Below, piece by piece: positions 10,894 to 18,519 of a stretch of DNA of 64,000 bases; position 1 is the first letter of the stretch; each line of letters begins with the position of its first letter. The notes beneath the pieces are model-generated. The model searched no databases. It was not told where the DNA came from and saw nothing but the letters and a program-made list of their open reading frames with translations. Source of the DNA: Patescibacteria group bacterium (lineage in GTDB: Bacteria > Patescibacteriota > Patescibacteriia > Patescibacteriales > UBA12465); the NCBI GenBank assembly GCA_028687275.1, contig JAQUAK010000001.1:292213-356212 (forward strand), given 5' to 3'. Made by a program: the position numbers and the translations under genes.

Positions 10894-11211
10894 TCCCAGG
10901 TAGCGCAGCGGTAGCGCAGTTGGCTGTGAACACAAGTAATACGCAGCTTCCTCAAGTAATTGAGGTCGAAAACAAGGTGAACTGTCTGGAAGCCTAAAAT
11001 CGAAAGATCAAGGTAATCAGCAGCCAAGCCGTGTATATCTTTACACGGAAGGTTCAGAGACTATCCCGAAAGGGAGTAGGTCCGTCTGCAAAGACGGCCC
11101 GAAGCGCCTTGCGCCCATCAATTTTGGTGGGCGATGATATAGTCCACACCATTAAGAAATTAGTGGGTAAGTGTAACCAATTGGTCGTGGGTTCGAATCC
11201 CACCCTGGGAG
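10894..11211 (+). tRNA. tRNA-Asn(GUU) interrupted by an intron. Exons are 10894-10927 and 11174-11211. CCA is not encoded.
   Basis: Acceptor TCCCAGG/CCTGGGA; D arm GCGC-AGCGGTA-GCGC; anticodon stem GTTGG/CCAAT; T arm GTGGG-TTCGAAT-CCCAC; discriminator G. The spliced loop is CTGTTAA. Confidence 0.85.
10928..11173 (+). ncRNA. Group I intron (IC3-like) in the anticodon loop, no ORF
   Basis: P1: exon GCTGT with GCAGC (10943-10947), giving a U.G pair at the splice site. Terminal G at 11173. GNRA-capped hairpins at 10950-10965, 10999-11008, 11064-11075 and 11082-11097. CAGAGACTA core at 11055-11063. Confidence 0.75.
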
Positions 11212-11220
11212 CAAGCAAAA

Positions 11221-11246
11221 ATAGGCTAATATTAGCTTATTTTTTG
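11221..11246 (+). terminator. Rho-independent terminator after the tRNA
   Basis: ATAGGCTA/TAGCTTAT stem followed by a T run. Confidence 0.65.
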
Positions 11247-11265
11247 TTATCAAAGAGATAATTAT

Positions 11266-11291
11266 GTCACAATTTGTGACGCTATTGTGAC
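11266..11291. repeat. Perfect palindrome GTCACAATTTGTGAC followed by a GTGAC-N6-GTGAC direct repeat
   Basis: The 17-mer TGTGACGCTATTGTGAC recurs at 12101-12117 and 21697-21713. Confidence 0.7.
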
Positions 11292-11425
11292 GTAGAAACT
11301 CAATGTTTTGCGCTCCTCGGTTTTTTTCTGTATCCTACCCCGGAATTGACAATGGGAGTTGTGATGTGGTATATTTTCTTAATTACTTTAACAATTTAAA
11401 TATATTCGAACAAAGAGAGAGCCAT

Positions 11426-12004
11426 ATGAAAATAAAAAAAGGAAACAACCGCATCGTTTTTACTTTCCCCTTTTTAGGGATAGTAATAAAATTTCCGATC
11501 ATTAATCTTTTTAGAGTGTTTAAGACAGTTTTCACAGGGAGAGTGGAGGGAATAAGAAACAAAAAATTGTTCAAAAGATATTTTGAGTGGTCGGTACATG
11601 ATCCCAATTCTTTTAAATATGCATTATTCAGAGGGCTACTTGCTAATTGGAGTGAATTCCGATTTTATCGCAACACTAAAAACCCTTTTCTTACACCTAC
11701 TTATTTTTCCCTGCTTGGTTTTGTTAATATTCAGAAACATGGTCGCGAATGTCAATTACTTCAAGCTGACCTGTGGTGTCAACTTTTCGCACTAACTGGT
11801 GGTAAAGTTTTTGATGATGCTCATCATTTTTCCGAGCCACACAATTTTTGTCTTCAAAAAGATAAATTGCAGATTTTTGACTATGGAAGCTCTAGGACTC
11901 ATAAAGTAATTTTAGAGTATGGAGAAAAGATTGTTGAAAATTTTAATGCATCATATTGCTGGGAAGAAGAAAAAAAGAAAATTAAAGAACTAGAAAAAAT
12001 CTAG
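11426..12004 (+). CDS. Hypothetical protein with a possible protein-kinase-like fold
   Basis: ATG at 11426 preferred, preceded by an AGAGAGAG stretch. GIVIKFP resembles a VAIK motif; HHFSEPHNF...IFDYGS resembles catalytic-loop/DFG motifs. Weak. Confidence 0.4.
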   Translation: MKIKKGNNRIVFTFPFLGIVIKFPIINLFRVFKTVFTGRVEGIRNKKLFKRYFEWSVHDPNSFKYALFRGLLANWSEFRFYRNTKNPFLTPTYFSLLGFVNIQKHGRECQLLQADLWCQLFALTGGKVFDDAHHFSEPHNFCLQKDKLQIFDYGSSRTHKVILEYGEKIVENFNASYCWEEEKKKIKELEKI

Positions 12005-12020
12005 AAAAATTAAATCTAAA

Positions 12021-12050
12021 CGAGTGCATTCAACATACACTCGTTTTTTT
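12021..12050 (+). terminator. Rho-independent terminator
   Basis: CGAGTG...CACTCG stem followed by TTTTTTT. Confidence 0.7.
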
Positions 12051-12070
12051 ATTACCCATCTCCCACCACC

Positions 12071-12262
12071 CCTCCTTGTATTGCCAGCGAAACAAAAAGA
12101 TGTGACGCTATTGTGACTGAAAGGTGATAAAAGCTGGTAATTTGTGGATACGGATGACAATTTAGAAAGTGTAAAAAAATATCTAAAACTAGATAAATTT
12201 AGCTACTATTAAATAAAATTCTAAATCATCAATTTCTGCTTCGAATCCCACCCTGGGAGCAA
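12071..12262 (+). repeat. Direct repeat DR1 (~190 bp), ending in an exact 23-nt copy of the tRNA-Asn 3' end
   Basis: About 90% identical by eye to 21667-21855. 12240-12262 equals 11192-11214 (TTCGAATCCCACCCTGGGAGCAA). Confidence 0.85.
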
Positions 12263-12304
12263 ATTAAAATTTCTGCTTGTTTTAGCGGATTTTTTGTATT
12301 TATT

Positions 12305-12329
12305 GGTTCGAATCCTTGTTGGGTTGTGA
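12305..12329 (+). repeat. tRNA T-loop/acceptor-like fragment (a different acceptor sequence)
   Basis: GGTTCGAATCCTTGTTGGGTTGTGA with no matching 5' half. Confidence 0.5.
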
Positions 12330-12373
12330 ATTAATTTATGTTATAATTTGATTATCAAATTAATTATAATGAT

Positions 12374-12955
12374 ATGACAAAATTTATTTTACACGGAGGG
12401 GAGACTGGTATTCCCAATGAACATAACAAGGCTTTTTATCAAGAATGGGTTAAAGATTTTGGTGATAACAAAGTGCCAACAATCTTATTGGTTTATTTCT
12501 CAAGACCGGAAGAAATTTGGGATGATCTTGAAAAATCTGATAAGGAAAGATTTGCTAATTATACCAATGATAGAGTAGCTAATTTTATGGTTGCTAGTAA
12601 TGATATGGATAAATTTAAAGAACAAATAGAAGAAGCAGATGTTCTATATTTCAGAGGAGGGGAGACTCAAAAAATAGTAGATACTATGAAATCAATAAAG
12701 GATGAATTTTTATTGTTAATAGATGGAAAAACATATGCAGGCTCATCAGCTGGTGTAATGTTTTTATCTCACTATTCAAAAAGCAATGAAAGAGATTGGC
12801 AAAAATATTTGGGATTACTACCGATAGATTCGTTTGTCCATTATTCACGAGAAAAGCATAAAGGGATTATTGAGGAATTTAAAAAAGAACATCCTGAAAA
12901 TCATAATGAATGTATTTTGTTACCGGAGACAGAGTTTGTTATAAAAAATTATTAA
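12374..12955 (+). CDS. Peptidase S51 / class-I glutamine amidotransferase-like protein
   Basis: FRGGETQKIVD...YAGSSAGVMFLS nucleophile-elbow pattern of the peptidase E family. Confidence 0.55.
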   Translation: MTKFILHGGETGIPNEHNKAFYQEWVKDFGDNKVPTILLVYFSRPEEIWDDLEKSDKERFANYTNDRVANFMVASNDMDKFKEQIEEADVLYFRGGETQKIVDTMKSIKDEFLLLIDGKTYAGSSAGVMFLSHYSKSNERDWQKYLGLLPIDSFVHYSREKHKGIIEEFKKEHPENHNECILLPETEFVIKNY

Positions 12956-12960
12956 CTTTA

Positions 12961-12988
12961 GTTCGAACATCGTCCACGACCCCGAGCA
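12961..12988 (+). repeat. Degenerate T-loop/acceptor-like fragment
   Basis: GTTCGAACATCGTCCACGACCCCGAGCA, followed by TCACCCTGGGGG at 13021-13032. Confidence 0.4.
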
Positions 12989-13041
12989 TGTGATCTGTAC
13001 TCCCATAAATATATAGTGAGTCACCCTGGGGGTAAACTATT

Positions 13042-13082
13042 AAATCATCAAACAGGTTCTAACGTTTTCCAGCTCTCGGAGC
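13042..13082 (+). repeat. Diverged att-like repeat (R2a)
   Basis: AAATCATCAAACAGGTTCTAACGTTTTCCAGCTCTCGGAGC. About 70% identical to 13533-13573. Shares the AAATCATCAA lead-in and GGAGC end with DR1/DR2. Confidence 0.5.
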
Positions 13083-13141
13083 TAAGGCAAAAACCCCATT
13101 AATATTGGGGTTTTTGTTATACCCCGGATAGGACGCTCGAA

Positions 13142-13528
13142 ATGATTGAAGAATTTTGGTATAATAATTATATATTAAAAATTGTAAAGGGTATGAAAAT
13201 ATTACAGTTTACAACTATTTTTACAGCGTTTTTGTGGGTAGCGACAGGGCTGGTGACTGTTGGAAGTATATATCTTTCCAATATTGGTTTTGTTATTAAC
13301 TTGATTGTGGGGTTGTCATTTATCCTAATAGGTTTTTACCTTCACCTAAAAGAGAAGAATATATTTGGACTTTTAAAGATAGTCCCTGAAGATCAGAGCA
13401 GAAATCTGTATAAGAAAGTAATCGTGGGAGAAATTATTTTTATTGCAGCAGCTTTGTTTTTTGGACTTATGGCTTTTTCTGCAGTTTTATCAAGAGTATT
13501 TGGAGAAGGTTTTGCAGTGTTCGGTTAG
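13142..13528 (+). CDS. Small membrane protein, 3 predicted helices
   Basis: Hydrophobic ORF. Alternative start at 13193 (MKILQF). Confidence 0.5.
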   Translation: MIEEFWYNNYILKIVKGMKILQFTTIFTAFLWVATGLVTVGSIYLSNIGFVINLIVGLSFILIGFYLHLKEKNIFGLLKIVPEDQSRNLYKKVIVGEIIFIAAALFFGLMAFSAVLSRVFGEGFAVFG

Positions 13529-13532
13529 TAGG

Positions 13533-13573
13533 AATCAACAAAACAGTTTCTAACCTTCTCTAGTTCCTGGAGC
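13533..13573 (+). repeat. Diverged att-like repeat (R2b)
   Basis: AATCAACAAAACAGTTTCTAACCTTCTCTAGTTCCTGGAGC, followed by a terminator hairpin, as R2a is. Confidence 0.5.
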
Positions 13574-13705
13574 CTGTAATTTTTGGGTGTGCTTGAACGA
13601 CGTAATTCGTTTAAAATCAGCTAAAAAACAAAAGAACATGATCTAGGTCATGTTCTTTTGTTTTAGTCAAAAGTGAGAAAAGACAGTAAAATGGGGTGAT
13701 TGTTA

Positions 13706-13727
13706 GTTCGAATCCGAGGTCTAGTCA
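13706..13727 (+). repeat. tRNA T-loop/acceptor-like fragment
   Basis: GTTCGAATCCGAGGTCTAGTCA followed by TTTTTTAGCGGAA. The same TTTAGCGGA string follows DR1 at 12283-12291. Confidence 0.5.
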
Positions 13728-13828
13728 TTTTTTAGCGGAATTCTCTTTGACTATCGGTTAAATTAATGAGATTATAGTAATATAAAGTTTTTATAAAGAA
13801 AATATAAAATAATTATAAATTTACTTAT

Positions 13829-14176
13829 ATGTCAGATATAAATCAATTAACTGAGAGAATACAAAATTTTATAAAAGAACGTGATTGGAATCAATTCCAT
13901 AATCCTAAAGATTTAGCTCTTTCTTTAGTTTTAGAGTCCGCCGAAGTAATGGAACATTTCCAATGGAAGAATAACGAAGAAATTCAGGAATATATAAAAT
14001 CTCATAAAAATGAGATTGGCGAGGAGCTGTCGGATGTTTTATATTGGGTTTTACTAATGAGCCATGATTTAGATATTGATATAAAAAAAGCGTTTGAAGA
14101 TAAGATGCTTAAAAATGAAGCGAAGTATCCGATAGATAAAGCGAAGGGAAAACATGATAAATATACCAGTTATTAA
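13829..14176 (+). CDS. MazG-like nucleoside triphosphate pyrophosphohydrolase (dCTPase/YpjD-like all-alpha NTP-PPase)
   Basis: 115 aa. ERDWNQFHNPKDLALSLVLESAEVMEHFQWK and EELSDVLYWVL carry the EExxE/D-type motifs of the family. Confidence 0.8.
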   Translation: MSDINQLTERIQNFIKERDWNQFHNPKDLALSLVLESAEVMEHFQWKNNEEIQEYIKSHKNEIGEELSDVLYWVLLMSHDLDIDIKKAFEDKMLKNEAKYPIDKAKGKHDKYTSY

Positions 14177-14179
14177 TTT

Positions 14180-16033
14180 ATGTTAGTTTATCAAGCGACT
14201 AAGGAAAAATTTTCAAACGATATCTTAAGCAATAATATTGAAAATATTATTGCTGATATTATTAAAGTTAAATTAAATTTTTCTGTTCCAAAAAATCAAA
14301 TATTGGCATTTAAAAATTCTTTGATTTACATGGATAAAGTTATTGCTGATCCAGACATACCTAGCGATAGCGGAGTGGCTATTGAGTTCCAAATTCCACA
14401 AACATCCAAGCGGGTTGATTTTATTCTGACAGGACAGGATGATAAAAAAGATGACCAAGTAATAATAATTGAGCTTAAACAATGGGAAGAAGCTCAAATT
14501 ACAGAAAAAGATGGTGTCGTTATAACTCGCTTTGCCCATGGCACAGTAGAAGCTAGCCACCCTTCATATCAGGCGTGGTCTTATGCGGCCCTTATTAACG
14601 GTTTTAATGAGGCTGTTTATGATGGAAATATCACATTAAACCCTTGTGCTTATTTACATAACTACAAGGATAATGGAGTTATTACTGATCCTTTTTATAA
14701 AGAATATCTTGATAAGGCTCCGGCTTTTTTAAAAAATGACGCTTTAAAGTTGAGAGATTTTATTAAAACTTTTGTTAAATATGGAGATAAAACGAATATA
14801 ATGTATCGCATCGAGGCCGGAAAGATCAGGCCTTCAAAAGCACTGTCAGATAGTTTGTCTTCAATGCTAAAGGGTAATCAAGAATTCGTAATGATTGATG
14901 ACCAGAAGATAGTTTATGAAACCGCGCTTTCTTTGGCAAGAAAATCAAGCGAGAAAAATAAAAATGTCTTAATTGTTCAAGGTGGGCCGGGTACTGGAAA
15001 ATCTGTTGTGGCTATCAATTTATTAGTGCAAGCAACAAAAGCAGGTTTAGTGGCAAAATATGTGACAAAAAATTCAGCACCACGAGATGTTTACGCTAGT
15101 AAATTAACAGGAACTTTGAAAAGAACAGAATTTAGTAATTTATTTTCTGGTTCTGGAAGTTTTGTTAATTGCCCAGAAAATTCTTTTGATTTTTTGATTA
15201 TTGATGAAGCTCATAGACTTAATGAAAAATCAGGTATGTTTAAAAACTTAGGTGAGAATCAAGTAAAAGAAATTATTAAATCGTCAAAATGTTCAGTCTT
15301 TTTTATAGATGAAGATCAAAGGGTCACTTTAAATGATATTGGGAGTCAACAGGAAATAACTAAGTGGGCGGAAGATGCCGACTGTAGAGTTCATACTCTA
15401 GAATTAGCTTCTCAATTCAGGTGTAATGGATCAGACGGATATTTAGCCTGGCTTGATAATTCTTTACAAATACGAGAGACGGCTAATGTTAGATTTGAAA
15501 ATATTGATTATGATTTTCAAATTATTGATTCACCAAGTGAGTTGCGGGATATAATCTTTGAGAAAAATAAACTAAATAATAAAGCTAGGTTAGTGGCAGG
15601 ATACTGTTGGAATTGGGTGAGCAAGAAGAATAAAAATGATAACGATATAGTGATCCCTGAATTTGATTTTAAAATGCGTTGGAATTTAGCCACAGATGGA
15701 AATTTATGGATTATCAAGCCAGAATCCGTTAATGAAATCGGGTGTATACATACTTGTCAGGGTTTGGATTTAGATTATGTCGGCGTAGTTGTCGGTGATG
15801 ATTTAGTAGTGCGAGACGGAAGAGTTCTTGTTGATCCGAGTAAGCGTGCGGGTACAGATAAATCATTGAATGGTTTTAAAAAAATGTTGAAAGATGACCC
15901 AGAAGAAGCTAAGAAGCACGCGAGTCTTATTATAAGAAATACCTATCGAACTTTAATGACTCGAGGAATGAAGGGTTGCTATGTATATTTTACAGACAAT
16001 GAAACAAGAGAATATTTTAAATTGTTAATGTAA
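14180..16033 (+). CDS. PD-(D/E)xK nuclease-like N-domain fused to a DUF2075 (Schlafen-group-III-like SF1) P-loop ATPase
   Basis: VDFILTG...IIIELKQW (D...ExK). Walker A GGPGTGKSV and Walker B IIDEAHRL. C-terminal TCQGLDLDYVGVV...TRGMKGCYVY as in DUF2075. Confidence 0.8.
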   Translation: MLVYQATKEKFSNDILSNNIENIIADIIKVKLNFSVPKNQILAFKNSLIYMDKVIADPDIPSDSGVAIEFQIPQTSKRVDFILTGQDDKKDDQVIIIELKQWEEAQITEKDGVVITRFAHGTVEASHPSYQAWSYAALINGFNEAVYDGNITLNPCAYLHNYKDNGVITDPFYKEYLDKAPAFLKNDALKLRDFIKTFVKYGDKTNIMYRIEAGKIRPSKALSDSLSSMLKGNQEFVMIDDQKIVYETALSLARKSSEKNKNVLIVQGGPGTGKSVVAINLLVQATKAGLVAKYVTKNSAPRDVYASKLTGTLKRTEFSNLFSGSGSFVNCPENSFDFLIIDEAHRLNEKSGMFKNLGENQVKEIIKSSKCSVFFIDEDQRVTLNDIGSQQEITKWAEDADCRVHTLELASQFRCNGSDGYLAWLDNSLQIRETANVRFENIDYDFQIIDSPSELRDIIFEKNKLNNKARLVAGYCWNWVSKKNKNDNDIVIPEFDFKMRWNLATDGNLWIIKPESVNEIGCIHTCQGLDLDYVGVVVGDDLVVRDGRVLVDPSKRAGTDKSLNGFKKMLKDDPEEAKKHASLIIRNTYRTLMTRGMKGCYVYFTDNETREYFKLLM

Positions 16034-16038
16034 ATTTA

Positions 16039-16638
16039 ATGTGTATAACTAATCATGAACAAAGTGTTTCTGAAAAATTAAGTGATGAGTTAAATAGAGA
16101 TATGGATGAAATGCACAGACTTGCTAATAAGGCGAGTGATTTATCACTAAAAAATTATTCAACTTGGCGGGATTACTTACACAAGTATTATCTTGTGATG
16201 CTGGCTATTGCCGGGGGCCTAGGAATATATCAAGACGGTAATAGATCAAGTTTAATCTTAATTGTCATAGGCGTATTAATAGGTTTTTTAACAATAAATT
16301 TATATTTATATTGGGAAAGAAAGCATATAAGGTTTAGCTATGATATCGATATTACTAAACCTTATAAATTTTTTAATCATTCTGATATAAAGGAGAGCGA
16401 CCCACCTTTAGCATTAAGACTTAACTTAAGAGATGTTATTGAGGCTAACAGAAAATTGTTAAAAGAATCTAGTAATAAGGAAGAATCAAAAATTTTAAAA
16501 GGTAAGATAAATGCTGATAAAAGATGGCTCAGTATGATAAAGTATTGGAATATGTATGGTTTTGATCCTTTTTGGATCACTGGAGTAATAATCAGCTTGC
16601 TGTTAACTTTTTTGGGATTAATTTTAATTATTTCATAA
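16039..16638 (+). CDS. Membrane protein of unknown function, 3-4 helices
   Basis: Starts 5 nt after the ATPase stop codon. Two central helices and one C-terminal hydrophobic helix. Confidence 0.55.
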   Translation: MCITNHEQSVSEKLSDELNRDMDEMHRLANKASDLSLKNYSTWRDYLHKYYLVMLAIAGGLGIYQDGNRSSLILIVIGVLIGFLTINLYLYWERKHIRFSYDIDITKPYKFFNHSDIKESDPPLALRLNLRDVIEANRKLLKESSNKEESKILKGKINADKRWLSMIKYWNMYGFDPFWITGVIISLLLTFLGLILIIS

Positions 16639-16736
16639 ATAATAGCTAATATAATTGCCATACAAGTTGATAAACGTCAATATTAATGCTAGAATGGTAT
16701 TAAAAATAGCAATAAATAAAAAACCAATTTTATTAT

Positions 16737-17918
16737 ATGGGGGATTATTCATGGCTGATAATTATAGTTTTTATAGTTTCTTGCATAAGTTTTGTATCTT
16801 GGGCACGAGAGCAACATTTGAATTCTAAAAAATATTTAGAACTTAAACCTAGATTAGACAATTTGGATAAATCGGTAGCTGAATTTAACGCCCAGTCCAA
16901 AAAAGAACGAGAGGATATTGATAAAATGGTAAAACAAAAATCAATGGGCTTTCCGTGGTTAGCAGAAGCATTTGCTGATTACTATTCGTTGGCGGATTCC
17001 CAAAGAGAAGATTATTTAAAAAGAAAAAGTCATCCTGCATATACCTCTGCTGAGGTTGTCCGGGAAATAAAAAAAGAAAAAAAGGAATTACTTAGGTCAA
17101 ATAAAATAACTAATTACAAAATTAATTATTATGAAAAATTATTTCCGTGGCTTACAGAATTAATTGCGGAAAATGAAGACGAAGAAATGCCTGTGAAAAT
17201 GGGTAACGATAATGAGGACGATAACAATAACGAGGACAAAGTAAAGGACTTTTTAACACCAGAAGAATATAAAAAACTTCCGTCAGTAGTGAGAAATCAA
17301 AAAGCATTAGATAGATATTTATTAAATAGAAATAAGTCAAAATGGGCGATTGGTAGAGATTACGAAATGTACGTTGGATATTTATTTGAACAAAAAGGAT
17401 ATTCTATTGAATACAAGGGAATAATTGACGGATTTGAAGATTTAGGGAGAGATGTTATTGCTATTAAAGATGACGAGGTATGCATTATTCAATGTAAATA
17501 TTGGGCGCGATATAAAGAAATACACGAAAAACATATTTTCCAATTATTTGGCACAACTATGGAATATTGGATACAGAATTTCAATAATTCCAAAAAACCA
17601 AAAACTTTTGTCGAATTTGCCAAATTTTTAAATGAAGACAAGCTCAGGCCAATATTTTTTACATCAACGTCTTTGTCTGATAAATCAAAGGAAATGGCGA
17701 GAGCTCTTAGTATCGAGATTACAGAGAAGGTGCCGATTGGAGATTTTCCGAGAATTAAATGTAACATTTCTGGCAGGGATGGTGAAAAAATATATCACTT
17801 GCCATTCGATCAGCAATATGACAGAACAATTATAAAAAATAAAGGAGAATTTCATGCTTTTACTGTCAAAGAGGCTGAAGATTCGGGATTCAGAAGAGCT
17901 TTTAGACACAGATATTAA
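16737..17918 (+). CDS. Membrane-anchored Mrr-cat-type restriction endonuclease-domain protein
   Basis: N-terminal TM helix, coiled-coil, acidic linker. GRDYEMYVGYLFEQKGY...GRDVIAIKDDEVCIIQCKYW matches the Mrr catalytic core. C-terminal KIYHLP...EAEDSGFRRA motif. Confidence 0.7.
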   Translation: MGDYSWLIIIVFIVSCISFVSWAREQHLNSKKYLELKPRLDNLDKSVAEFNAQSKKEREDIDKMVKQKSMGFPWLAEAFADYYSLADSQREDYLKRKSHPAYTSAEVVREIKKEKKELLRSNKITNYKINYYEKLFPWLTELIAENEDEEMPVKMGNDNEDDNNNEDKVKDFLTPEEYKKLPSVVRNQKALDRYLLNRNKSKWAIGRDYEMYVGYLFEQKGYSIEYKGIIDGFEDLGRDVIAIKDDEVCIIQCKYWARYKEIHEKHIFQLFGTTMEYWIQNFNNSKKPKTFVEFAKFLNEDKLRPIFFTSTSLSDKSKEMARALSIEITEKVPIGDFPRIKCNISGRDGEKIYHLPFDQQYDRTIIKNKGEFHAFTVKEAEDSGFRRAFRHRY

Positions 17919-17964
17919 TTTAATTGTAAAATAATAAGTTTTATTGAATTTAAAAAATAAAAAA

Positions 17965-18495
17965 ATGAGGTTATTTAGAAATGTTAAATTGTCCTGGTTG
18001 TTTGTTATTATTTTATTAATACTTGTTATTGTTTTATTTTTACAAAAACAAGGTTATAAATATGAATTAATTTATAAATATCGAACTATTCCAGATATAG
18101 ACTTATCAAATACTTTACAAGAATTTCAAGACAGCAACATAGGTGAAATTAGAGGATTTGTTAAATTTGATAACGTTAGTAATCAGCCTAAAAATTTAAA
18201 ACAGTATTATATTATAAAACCTCTCAATAAGTTCGATGAAAATTTGTTGCAATATTATTCAGTCGAGGAAATAATAAAGATGGATTATCTTCCTCCTGCG
18301 AGTATTGGTTTTTCGGAAATAAAAGAAGTGAGTAAAACTTATAATATTGTGACTCTAGAAGATGAAAATGGTAATCAGTTTTTCATTAATAGGAATACAA
18401 AAGAAGTATCGATGAGAGATTCATCGGGAGATAATACTATATTGATTACCGATGAATGGGATTATTCTGATTTTATGACAGAATGGCTAAAATAA
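17965..18495 (+). CDS. Hypothetical single-pass membrane protein
   Basis: ATG at 17965 preferred over the TTG at 17944. N-terminal TM helix. No motif recognised. Confidence 0.5.
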   Translation: MRLFRNVKLSWLFVIILLILVIVLFLQKQGYKYELIYKYRTIPDIDLSNTLQEFQDSNIGEIRGFVKFDNVSNQPKNLKQYYIIKPLNKFDENLLQYYSVEEIIKMDYLPPASIGFSEIKEVSKTYNIVTLEDENGNQFFINRNTKEVSMRDSSGDNTILITDEWDYSDFMTEWLK

Positions 18496-18519
18496 TATAT
18501 ATATAATTTTAAATATCAT

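Noticed and set aside
11031-11261. 76-aa plus-strand ORF that could have been an intron-encoded homing endonuclease
   Set aside because: It runs through the intron core helices, the 3' exon of the tRNA and the terminator. It has no LAGLIDADG, GIY-YIG or HNH motif and is Arg/Lys/Gly-rich noise. It is better explained as a chance ORF in structured RNA.
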